From: Trichoplax adhaerens
Lineage: Eukaryota > Animalia > Placozoa
NCBI RefSeq assembly: GCF_000150275.1
Contig: NW_002060952.1
Coordinates: 456,482-520,481 of the forward strand
Length of the DNA: 64,000 nucleotides
Direction of reading: 5' to 3'
Part shown: one piece after another, positions 14,601-27,100 of the stretch
Numbering within the stretch: position 1 is the stretch's first letter
How the letters are laid out: every line of letters starts with the position of its first letter
Translations under genes and position numbers: made by a program
The notes under the pieces: generated by a model
What the model saw: the letters and a program-made list of their open reading frames with translations, nothing else
Database searches by the model: none
What the model was told of the DNA's origin: nothing

Positions 14601-15555
14601 ATAATATAGCGCAGCTTGCAAATGTTTTTGGTATAACTGTACTGAACAATGCACGTCTCACAAAGGTAACGTACATAATACAGGCTAACATAAATAAATA
14701 GATCAATATTTTAGTTTGATTATACAGCGCAATTTCGCCCATTTTACGCTGATCGATGATGACCATCTATCGATAAATGGCTGACAAGTGCAGAAATTAG
14801 TCAACGTTTTCACTATACTGTACTGTAAATATTATTGACTGTTGGTAATGACACAGTGTATCCCATGGCTTCGGTCTGCTTCACTTTGACTGTACCGTTT
14901 GATCTTGAGTAGATCACACAATAATCTTAATAAAGATGAAGATTTTTTCGTATAGCTAATAAAACCTAGAAAAATTGACCATTATTGTCCGGTGTATGAC
15001 AGTGATGTATAGTATACTGTATTAGTATGCTGATTGATTGATTGATTGTAGTACCTATTGGATAATTAATGCCATCGGGGCTAATAATTATTATTTACTG
15101 TACAGTGTATAGTACTGTATATTAATTATCTTTCTACTATATTATATATATATACAGTACTTTGCTGTGTCAAAGGACAACAGTTGAATTTATAGCATCA
15201 TTTATTTGTTCATCGAATACGAAAAGATGTTCAAAATCGGCAGACATAAATTAATGATGGAATAAAATAATTTGGTTTAGAACTGTACGTGTATAGTTTC
15301 TATGGACTGGATAAAGCAATCGTAGATTAGAGAAAGAAGTATTGATTCCATCGATTCCTACAATATCATCGAGTTTAGCTTGTACTGTATCTCGGAGTCT
15401 TGATTCCTAACTTGGTAATGTTGTCGAATATTATTCATCTCTATTGGCCCCATAACGAGATTGAGAAGTGAAACATTAGTCAGATAACACTACTCGATGA
15501 TACTGTAAACTACTGTACAATAATAACAGTCTCAAATGTTAGCGATCAATGATTG

Positions 15556-15601
15556 ACGAATGGCGACGAATGACGATGAATGACGATGAATGACGATGAA
15601 T
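15556..15601. repeat. Short 10-bp minisatellite (gaatgacgat)n
   Basis: gacgaatggcgacgaatgacgatgaatgacgatgaatgacgatgaat. Confidence 0.8.
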
Positions 15602-17099
15602 AGTGATTGACTGCAGATAAACCCGGCGGGAGCTAATTTGCATGATTACAATATACAATACAAATGAGAAAACAAGTCAAACCAGTTTGTAGGACCAGTG
15701 TAGAGTTGTTATTTGATATACTTTCTTTTATGTAATATAAATATCTAGATTCAGTATTTAACCACCAGTTTCCCTTCTACATCGAGCATTGCATCTTGCT
15801 CTTGAAACTTTATTGCGGCTATCTGCTATTTTTGAGGAAGTTGGCATTGATTCTTAGGACCGATTACCATTTGCAAGATGTTATTCTGGTTGTTGTGGCA
15901 GCATCATTTTAATGAGGTAATTTATTGGCTAGCGTATGTTTCTGTAAATTTTACTTAGTCAATTGATTGGTCAGCTCATTCTTAAATGTTTCAATGCAAA
16001 ATTCTACTAGCCGATTTGGCTATACTCTTGACCAGATACTTGTAAAATAGTACTAGTGAATTGCCTAGCCTGCTGTATTTTACTCAATGTAGTTACGCTT
16101 CATATCTGACAAAAATTTGCAGCTTATGATAATGGAAGAGAATTGATTGAGTAGTAGCTAAAGATTGATCACTGCCTAAGAGTTTGATGTTCTATAGACG
16201 TTAGCCTTGATTGCCTTCTTAGATACGAGCCCATTTGTTCCCCGAGTCGGACCTTTAATGCTATTGGAGCATTTCTTCATTTTATCCATGATTCATTTTA
16301 GTGCCTCAATTTATACATTATTTCAAGGCTGGCTGTACGCTTACTAGTTACTACACAGTAGAATAGTTTAGTCCAATATAAAATGATTTCATCCGTTTCG
16401 TAAAATGTATACTTTATTATTTAATGATACCTATATCAATACAAATATCCAGTGACTTTAAGTCAATTAAATACCGTATGATACAACATGATTCGCTTAT
16501 TCTTCGTGTTGATTAGATCCTAACTCAGTAAATAGTTTCAGCTTTGCAAATAATCCCCAGTGCCGATATAATGTAAACTTTGACCACACACATAACATGA
16601 ATTTGCATTAAAAAAAAACCTATGATAGCTTTTCTGTCAACTCTGCTAGTACAGTGCGCATTTCCATTTCTTACTGCAGTAATTAGCAGCAGTGAGAAGA
16701 AAAATTAAAAATTTTTTGGTGAGCATTTTTTCTCCCATCCTGTAAGCTCTTACCAGACACAAATGTCTATATGGAGGTCATGCATGATTATACCCGTCTA
16801 CGGTTGATATGCTTATCCATTATTATCGACTTTTAAGTCAAAGTTTTTCGATTGCATTTAAAAGTCTCCTACTTTAAACAGAGAAGGCTGTATCGAGATT
16901 TTAAACTGATGAAATTCACAGAGATCGAATGATCACCGGCTTTCTTTACCGTGATGACGTATTGTGAAAATTTTTTTTTGAAACTCCATTGTTGGAAGAA
17001 ATCGTAGGGTTGTTTACGTCTGCGCAGTGTACCGTCTCGGAATTTCGCTATTGTCTTTTGCCAGACCATGAAATCGCAAGTCCCAACCAGTTTAAACTG

Positions 17100-17450
17100 A
17101 TCTACAGTACTATACATTGTACAATACGCTTAGCGTACAGTACTGTCCACTCCAGTCCAGTAGTAAAAGTGCACAGTTTGTACTGTAATGATTTCGTACA
17201 ATGTACTGTACAGTATTGTACTGGAATCTGACCGCGTGCTGGGCAAAGTCCAATTTCCTGTATTGTACTGTACTGTGAGTGTACTGGCATTTATTCTTGA
17301 AATCAATACAATACGCTACAGTATCACACTTTTGGTAAGACAGCGTAGGTAACCTCTGCCCAGTACGGATTGACAACATGGAGGATGCTACCGGTAGAAC
17401 GCCGGCTGGAAATTTCTACTCGCTATCCTACTGTACTGTACTGTATGAAA
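17100..17450 (+). promoter_or_regulatory. Putative promoter of SLC38A9 paralog 1, CAGTA/TACTG-rich
   Basis: Motif cluster and locally higher GC just upstream of the first exons. Confidence 0.45.
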
Positions 17451-17964
17451 TGGATCCTTATTAAACTTAAACTTAATACTAAAACCAATTTGCTTTTTAT
17501 TCAAGTAAAAATATGATGCAATATTTCAACAGTGCAGTAAATTCACGAGTCCGTTCTCTATGGCCACCAAACTAGTTTCTGAATGAATGAAACTTTGCTT
17601 GATAGTTTCCAATTTGTGCAACAATGATCTCTTAATGTTTATAGTACAGTATAGAATTATGAGTGAATTAATTAATTTATGGACGGCATAGGAGCGTAAA
17701 ACCGGCTCAAAGTGCACAGTCTGCAGTTTTCAATCATGACATCATTCCCTAAATTATTTCCTACAAAAAGGAAAATTCCTTGGAGACCACTTACTGAGTG
17801 GCGATCATAAGCATGAACGCGTGTCGATTGAGAAAAGGCTTTGATCAATCAACTACGGAATGCGAAAGGACATTGAAATAGTGACTTTAACCTATTGACT
17901 CGATAAATCAAGTCCATTACTCAACTACCTACAGTAGTACTGTACTATAGCTTGCTCAAATTGA

Positions 17965-20900
17965 ATGACATCTTTCCATCATGATGTCCATTGTTCAATG
18001 GTAATTTCAAAATTAAGTGAAGTTCCCATACTACTGTGCATACGTAGATCGTAGATCACTTAACCTCAATGAACGTGCCTTCGATCATAAATATGCTACT
18101 TACGTCCAAACGTTGGATTGATTGTCAATGACAATGTACCACTTGGACATACACAATTGTTAAGATTTAGTAATAGGTAAACAGAGACACTTTACCTATC
18201 CTAGCATTTTAGTGGCCTTATTACCCTAATAATAATTATATAGTGATGATTAATCTACAGTAGCAGTGCTTGTACGCGTATACTGTACTTCCTTCTTGGA
18301 GTACGCTTATCTTTACGCTTCTGTTATTATTACAGCGCGAATTGGCCAATTATGTTCACTATCCGACCAATATCTTTGAATTACGTTCTTCTGGAAAGCC
18401 GAAGCAAAGTAGCATCGTCACGATGTAAGCAGCAATATTCAATGTATATTGTAGCTACCGGTTCATACCGGATAGCCTACTAGATTAAATTGAAAATAAA
18501 ATGAAATTTATTTTCTACAGATTTTCAATATGGAATACGATGATGGGCACTTCGTTATTGGCTATGCCTTGGGCCTTAGGCCAAGTAAGTTGTATTTTGG
18601 ATGATAAGTTATTGTGTCGTTAGTCCTGTACTTAGATACACCAGTAGGGTGATTACTGGCTAAAATAATTGACTACTACTCTCAGTAAATTGTCGATGTA
18701 CTTTATGTAATAAGTAATAAAATTTATTTAAGAAGTAATTGATAAAGAGCTTGATGTATGCCTTTCTATCGTAATAACAACTTAAACCTGCTTTAATAAT
18801 AATCTTTCTAGGCCGGATTATTGCTTGGACTTGGTATCATTTTGATTATGGGTGGAATTTGCCTTTATACGTGTTATTTACTGGTGAAAAGTGAATCTCA
18901 CTATAGTACGTTCCAAGTTAAAAAGTCTCATAGAGATGACAAAGTAGCATATAAGGCTGAACTGAATTTAAAATAATCTAAATTTGATCCGACATATATC
19001 ATCATGTTCGAAAGATGGTGACATAATGCGATAGCCACTCTTTTGCTTTTATCGAAACACGTAATCCGATATTTATACATTTTTGAATCTTTTCAGAGCA
19101 ATTAACATCTAAAAAGAAGCTATTTGAAATTGTCAAAGACCCCGAAGCTGGTACAATTCGCAAAAAGCCAAGAAGTAAGTTAAGCGAATGGAAATACGTT
19201 TGTTTATTCATTTGAAGTATATTAATCTAGCGGATTATATTCGTACGTACCTTGTCACTAAGGATTGAATAAATAAAATATTTAAAAGTATATTAACAGA
19301 GATCGTATGTTATGTATTAGTAATAGAATATACAGATATAGCCAACAAATTTTTGGGCCGCTGGGGAAAATATTCAAGCCTCTTCTTCAGTATTTTAACC
19401 ATGTTTGGATCATTAATCGTATATTGGATCCTAATGTCCAGCTTTCTTTACAATATCGTCTTATATATAATCGGTACGAAGTCAAATCGATAATAAATAT
19501 TTCTTTTATATGTATAGACTTCTTTATAGATGATGTTATTATGCATATCTAGGTTTACAATACAACGATGGTGGTGTTACAACAAATTCTACTTCAAGCA
19601 AATATGATGTCATTTGTCCGTCTGCTAGCAATGCTACTACTTCCGAGCTAAACTTCTTGCAAACCGCCAATATGTCTGGATTTAATGTTGACTTATTTCT
19701 ACAATTGTGGGATAAGCAAAAGACCGTACCATTATTTCTTTTAGTCGTCATGTTTCCGATTTTAAATCTCAAGTCTCCAACGTTCTTCACAAAATTTAAT
19801 TCACTCGGTTTGTCTCGAATAATAATAATGACTCTTTAATATTTTTTCTATCTGTACAAAGTTTTTAACTGTATTCGTCCAATTATGTAGGAGCTATTTC
19901 AGTCTGCTATCTCATCTTCTTCGTGGTATTTAAATCTGTCCGGCTAGGGATAAACTTTGATTTAAGCGGATCGCATGGAATTAAACGTAAGCAGCTTACT
20001 CGTATTTCATGAAGCCTTAAAGGGTTCGATAAGAAAGGTGCTATTAGGCACCTATAACTTTTCACTAACAAATGTAATTTATTCTTCGTCTTCCCTACTT
20101 TCTTTAGTGGTCAATTGGAATTTTCCAGCATTGAGTGGTATCTTGGCAATGGGCTTCTTCATTCATAATTGTATCTTGGCAATTGTTAGAAATCAGGAAA
20201 ATCCTAAAAATAATGTAAGTATATTCAACTAATTGGAGTTTATTATTGATTCAATCTTATTAGATTAAATTATCCAATTTGCTTCAATCATTTAATCATT
20301 ATTCTCCTTACAGGGTCGTGATTTATCAATTGCGTATTTATTTGTCTTTGTTACGTATACGACGATATCGGTATGCTTTTACCTATCATTCCCTATGCAT
20401 CGATCATGCATTCAACCTGTAAGTTTGTATCATGTGTATAGTTAGATCTGATTCCTACTTTCAAACTGTTATTTTTTGTTTTAATATTAATACATTAATT
20501 ATGTGCTAGATCCTTTTGGATAACTTTCCGGTATCCGATATTATGGCATTTTTTGCTCGAATTGGTCTCTTTTTTCAACTGGTTACTGTTTATCCGTTAT
20601 TGAACTACATTGTTCGTATACAAATTTTACTTATAGTCTTCAAGAAAGCTTGGCCTAGGTAAGCTTCATTCAATTTTTATAATCGGTGTTCATTCATGTA
20701 ATGTACTATCATATTGAGATCTCCTTATTCTGCTTTGGTCTAATTCGGAAATTAAATTTTTTTCCATCATTTAGCATTCGGCATGTTTTGCTATTGAACA
20801 TCGGCTTTGTAACGTTTTGCGTCTTATTCGCTGTGTTTTATCCTCATATCGGAACGATTATAAGGTATTATTTTTCTTTCTTTAATGCATTGTAATTGTT

Positions 20901-21173
20901 GATATATATCATATAAAAGCATTTCATATTTGTCCGACTTTACTAGAAGCTAGAAAATCATGACTCAATATTCATCTCATAATGTATTTACTCTGCTTTA
21001 TTAGATTCGCAGGAGCATTTTGTGGCTTGGCATACATCTTCACATTTCCACCCGTCATTTACCTTGTCTATTGCAAACGAATAGGAACTTTAACGACAGC
21101 CAAAATTATAATCCATGGTTTTATTGTATTGATAGGCGTAACAAATGTTATTGGCCAATTTCTGATTTTGTAA
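17965..21173 (+). CDS. SLC38A9: SLC38A9-family lysosomal amino-acid transporter, paralog 1 (start exon tentative)
   Basis: Exons at about 17965-18000, 18336-18424, 18521-18584, 18812-18906, 19097-19174, 19321-19472, 19552-19807, 19891-19986, 20108-20214, 20314-20418, 20510-20658, 20775-20864 and 21005-21173 splice in frame. They give SSIVTIFSIWNTMMGTSLLAMPW, VYWILMS, VICPSA, WDKQKTVPLFL, LNLKSPTFFTKFNSLG, GFFIHNC, GRDLSIAY, LLDNFP, FYPHIGTIIRFAGAFCGL and NVIGQFLIL*. Confidence 0.93.
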
Positions 21174-24100
21174 AATGATATCGTTCGAATAGACTACTGT
21201 ATTACCCTATTAACGATGGTATCTCGTTTAAAAGATAAAAGACATGTATAAAAACGAAGACTGAACTAGTTATTATCATAATTTATTGGTATTGTCAACT
21301 TATTTCTGTAAAATTATTTTCCAGCTGGTTTAGGAGTAATCCTTAAAATTACTACTTTCATTGCTCTTCTATAGCGTAGTTCAATATTACTTAAGATGAA
21401 AGGTGGTCACTAGATAGCACCACGATACACATTTTTAATAATGTCTATTATAATAAATACAAATTAAATTTATTCTATAAAAATTAATTAAGACTAAATG
21501 ATTTTTACTTCCATAAAATTTTATATCCATAATTATATAATTGGGATATTTTGAAATGGTATAATCGATGTATATGGTTCGAATGCTTATATGTCCGATA
21601 TTATAATCAAACGTTTTTATCACTATTATTCGTATATGACTCATCTTATTGTTTATCACCGTATTATATCAGATTGCAAGATAATATAGATGTCGATCTG
21701 AGTTAAATCTATCTCATGTTAATGGATTATTTGTAAATTATTACATTATTGTTTTATAAAATATTGACGTTGAGCTGATTCCTTGTAAAGAGGCACGGTC
21801 CTACGTTTTGGCTCAAAATAAACGTATCGCGCAAATACATGTGACTAAATGTGAATTGAAGAGTTAGCTTCTAGCGATCATTGAATTGTGATATTTGCTA
21901 TGGTAGCAAATTAGTCCTTTAATTAACATGCATGATACATGCATAATTTGTGATGCTACATACTTATAGTGTTGCAAATAAGATTTGGCTCGAATAGAGT
22001 TCAAAATTTTTAGTATTTCTTAACATTTTGACATTACATATGACTCTTAATTATCGTCTAATACAAAGAGGTGTATAGTAATCTTTATCATCAAAATTTC
22101 GATTGCATAATAAGTAAAACTTGTTTTTTCATGTATGCTAACATTATTTTGCAAACCTTAGTATTTCTATCTTCATGCAATTAAATTCAGATCTCATCTG
22201 ATATTTGTTTGATATTTATATTAGCATATCCAGTAATTTAATGTTCTTTCACTTTATCTACCGGATAATTGGCTCAATTTATGATATTATTCATTAACTG
22301 ATTGATATTTCTATCATCGATCCTGGCTGCCCTTGACTTTAATCTTGTTTTTTCTTTGTCAATAGCTTTATAATCAATAGCTCGGCAAATAAATACGTGT
22401 TTATGTCATTGGAATATTAATGACTATTAAAATGAACTAGCAGAAAGCTGCAATATGCATACATATCAAATTAAATAAAAAACAATCTTTCAGTCAATTG
22501 AATATTCAGCTTGTCATCGATTCTGCCGTAATGAGTAAATATGAAACAAACAGCCAGTTTCTTTGTTCTGCTCCATGGCAATTTCTCCTGTATTTCTATT
22601 CAATTACAAATGTAGATATACTGTAAATAATTTTATTAAGTTGATATTGAACTACTTAGATTGATAATATATTATTCTTTCATGCAAGCGAGATACCTAT
22701 AGTTATGTATTTCATCAAGTAGGCCCCTCCATACTGTGGGCTAGAACTTGTCTGACAATACAGTAGGCGTATGTCAATCAAAAGGTTATAATCTGCACTG
22801 ATTGCTAATTATTTCAACAACAAGAACAATATCATATGTGTTCTCATGATAGATGTCAATTACGCCATCATCAGTTGAAAATTAAGTCTTGTCTCGGAGT
22901 CCAGCAGCTTTAGGCTACCTAGATATATTTCTTACTGCTACTCTCTAACAGTTGTAATCATGTGATAATTCCGTTAGATGATGTATTCCAATTAATAAAG
23001 CTTAAAGTACAGTAATTGAATTTATGAATTGTTGATGCAAGAGCTTATAAAAATTAGCTACCTCTGGCTTCCAGCGAATACAATTGCCACCTTGACCTTT
23101 ATTATGTTATTGTTAAGACGTTAAAGCCAATAATAATACCAATAAGAATGACTATTATATCGTAATCTGGCAATAGAATTAAAATTGAAATTTTTATTCT
23201 ACAGTTTGGATTTTTTGCTTTGCTATTTACTAACTATTCTAAAAGAAGTTGAAGGGAAACTGTAAAAATGCTTGACGACTTGCATTTAATGATGGTATAA
23301 TTATTTTTTCAGTTCAATTTGGATACCTTGCTCGAATTTGACACTGTTGTTATTGAGACTGTTACTACCTAAGACTAAACATTCAATTTTTTTCACCCAA
23401 TATTTGCTCATTAATTGGTTGAGTTATAATCATCCATGAAGGAAGTTCTGATACTGTAGCTCAGCTGTGTAACATTTATTTACCGAATGATTGAATAAAG
23501 TTATCTTTGACAATAGAGACCTTAATAAGTAATGATAAATCAACAGAAGAGCTGAATAAAGCGAACTGTTTTTGATACCTCGGGCAATTGATAGAATGGA
23601 ATAATTGTATTCAAGCAGGAGATTGTGCCTTTTGGCCTTATGATTAAAGTGATTAATGAAAGATAGATAAAATGTAGGAAGGGCAAGAGATTAAAAAAAA
23701 AATAATGCGCTTCTTAATCATATTAAGTCAATTGCATAAATCCAATGAATACTAGAAGCTCGTAATGTATATAATTCGATCTCTTGCCAAAACAAGCTAT
23801 CATATTTTGCGACTTTTCTACTTATACCATAGACGATATACCTTGTAAAGAAACGATTTGCAACGATAATGAAATAATGGCAATTTCCTTTTCTATTAAA
23901 TTCATTTTTTTTTATAATACTCAATTAGATCAGTTTGCCTCTTGTTCAGCGCGATGTTATTGTACTGTATTTTAATAGTTGCTAAGCCACATCTAGCTTT
24001 TCATAATTTTTTGTTATGTTATCTATAATTATTATCATTTATCTCGCCAAATGATTTTTAGTATCTATTATTTTTTCTCTAATATTAAATTCAAATTAAC

Positions 24101-27100
24101 AGTTAAAACGTACTTGTATTATTATTTTACGGACTGCCTACAAGATTTGTTTTGATGTATTTTGTTATAATTGTTCACCTTTGTTGATTTTAGTTCTAGG
24201 CTATTGAAATAGGGAGTCAATAAAAAATCAGGCATACGTTACATAATGGTCTAGCGATTAGCTGGAAATCAGTTTGTAAAGAAAGGTACAAACAACATCA
24301 TAGAAAATGATCACTGAATCAATATTATCGAGAGCGTGATTCAGGTTCTTTACACTCTATGACTAACTAAACAGTTTGATAACTAAACCCAATTATCTCG
24401 ATATTAGATGTAGTGCAGTAAGTTCTCAGCTCTCTTGAACAATATACACGAACGAAGTGAATAGACAAATTAAGTAAATTTCTATTACCTTTTCTGCTTA
24501 ATGGGAGAAAGAAAAATTGACTCGCTAACGCTAGTTATTAATAATACGCGTGTTGCTTTTCAACGCCAAGTTATTTTAGCTCTTTTCTCGTTTTTGCTGT
24601 ATGGACCTTCTTAGAAGTAAAATTAGATATTGTAAAGCCCAATTTTATCACTGTACCGAAGACATTAATGCCAATATTTTGCAACTAATTTTCTCGTCAC
24701 TTTGACCTAAGGTAATTGTTTTTCTGTTTGCTTAATGTCCATCTGTAAACATTTAATGTAAAGTTTTCTCCCTTCATTCGAATAAATCAATCAATGGCAT
24801 TGTCGTAATCATTAAAATTTGAACAAAAGCTTTTGGGCCCTATCGTATTAAAAGGAAGCATAATGAAATACGATGGCCAAGATTGGATTACGGTAATTTA
24901 GCACAATTAGATATTCTCTTGACTTCCACCATATGCTACATGTCTACAGGCCCATTAATAGGTAATGGCTTGTGAAAACGGCAAAATTTTTTTCATCTCA
25001 TAAGATTTAGTGGACTTGATGTTCTTTATTCCTATTTTAAAAATTTTTTTTATCTCTTTCCCTTTTTTGTCCTACTAATTAGCATTAGATACTGTTCACA
25101 CTGAGACTGTACGATAATTGATGGATTATTTATTTAATCAGCACCGTATAAAGTGTTATGCATAACATATACGGCATATTATACAGTAATCTACAGAATA
25201 ATAATTAAAATTATAATTACATTAAGCATCGCTCAAGTTTTCCTATATACTGTACAATAGCCCTTCCAGCAGTTGAATGCGGGGCTATAGCCCGATCCAC
25301 GTTTGTACAGAAATCATTTTTTAACAACTTTTAACTGTCATAGCTAAGCGAGCTGCTCAGCCATCACTTATGGCATCGCATGACAGCTGCGTGTATTTGA
25401 TTTATACTCCTGAGTTCACTTGGACAGTTTTTATTCCCTTTCATATTCACGCTACCAGAGGCCAACTAATGTTATTTCTATTTTAAGATGGCGGAGATAT
25501 GCAACGATAGTGTCACAAAACGGCTAATGGTCTGTTATATTGTATATGCTGTCTTGATAGAATACGTACACTGTCAATACTGCTGAGATTATTATTGCAG
25601 CTTCGATTATAGTACAACTAGCTACTAAAAGACAAGAAGTGACTGTCTCACAATTAATAACTCAAATTGTTGATTGCAATATGTGGAGTAAATGCGCTGT
25701 AAGTATCAATATCGCTGTTTGAAATATTGCATTCAATGGCGCAGTGATTGATGATCCAATATGGCACAACACTATTGTAAGAAATTACTGGAACTTTGCG
25801 TTGGATTATTAAATTATTTACAGTCCGTAATGAATTTACTATCGATATTGAGTTTGTTTGATATGGATTTCAGGAATCAGTGGATCTCAGTATCCAAAAG
25901 TACACAATCATTTATCGTAACTGTCTATATAAACGTATTGCACAGCACAGTATTTACTTATAATTAAATTGCCAAGACTAAAACGTACGTAACATAATTA
26001 GTGGGAAAATTTAAAGCTCTAAGGCGTTACTTAGTATAGTCTCATTGATTGAGTACCTTATGCAAATTATAATTTTTGATCAGCTCAAGCAAAGGCCATA
26101 TTGCTATAATGTGTCATAATCAACAGTGTAAGACTTTATATTTTAGGTAGGGAATGAACAGTGCACAAGACAATTTTTGATTTGAAGAGGTATAGCTGCT
26201 GCAATCGTGCACATATACGTATAAATGTAGGGATCTTGTAATGAATCATCGTTCATGGCAATTTTTTAAACTCTCCCTGGTTATAATAAACGCTTATTTA
26301 GGTAACCAATCCTAGGATAGATCATGATCAGAGATCAGGATTGGACTATTCAGTATTATTTATAATATGCGTATTGTATAATTCATGATGAATGATATTA
26401 TCATTATCGGAGCATACCAGCTTGAATCCGTTTCATGGTAAAGAAAAAAAATGTTATGTTGGCAAATGGACAGTCTACTCGTACGTATACAGTAAAAAAT
26501 AAATAAATAATCCTATGATGAGCAAGGGCCAAGTTCAGTTGGTTAGATTGAGATAAGATCGTACAGTATAATGTAATCATTCATAAAGCATCAAAATAAT
26601 TTATGATCAGGTAACACATGGTCGCATAAGTAAATAAATAGGGAAATGAATAGTAAATGGATTGTTCCGAAGAACACAAAATGTCCAATTAGATGGCGAA
26701 AATAAAGTGGTTTAGTATTTACAGACTAGCAAGATATGCTATAAGTTATAGCTTAGTAGAATAGGAGGGAATAGCTTTCAAGAACGAATTTCCAGTTTGA
26801 CAATATTGGCCAATGTGCAATGATGAACTACAAAGAGGTCGACTGGGCAGCTGATAGTTCATGTTGTGTTTTGTAGTTAGTTTAATACAGAAAAAAATAA
26901 AATAAAGCAGATTGGACTGTATGGCTATTCGGCTATTCCATTCCATGGAGTTCGCTTTTACTAGGTGGCAACTGAATACTTGAGCAAGCCAGTTCCAATA
27001 CTAGCGTAGGACATGGCAATGATTCTCGTGCTACTCAAAGTGAACTATTGTTCTCTGTAATCAATCATTCAAATGAACATAATTATCAATAATAGAAGCA

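Noticed and set aside
15880-16030. Minus-strand NRLVEFCIE...ITSCK resembling a LINE endonuclease fragment
   Set aside because: Very short match with multiple stops and no other endonuclease or RT motifs.
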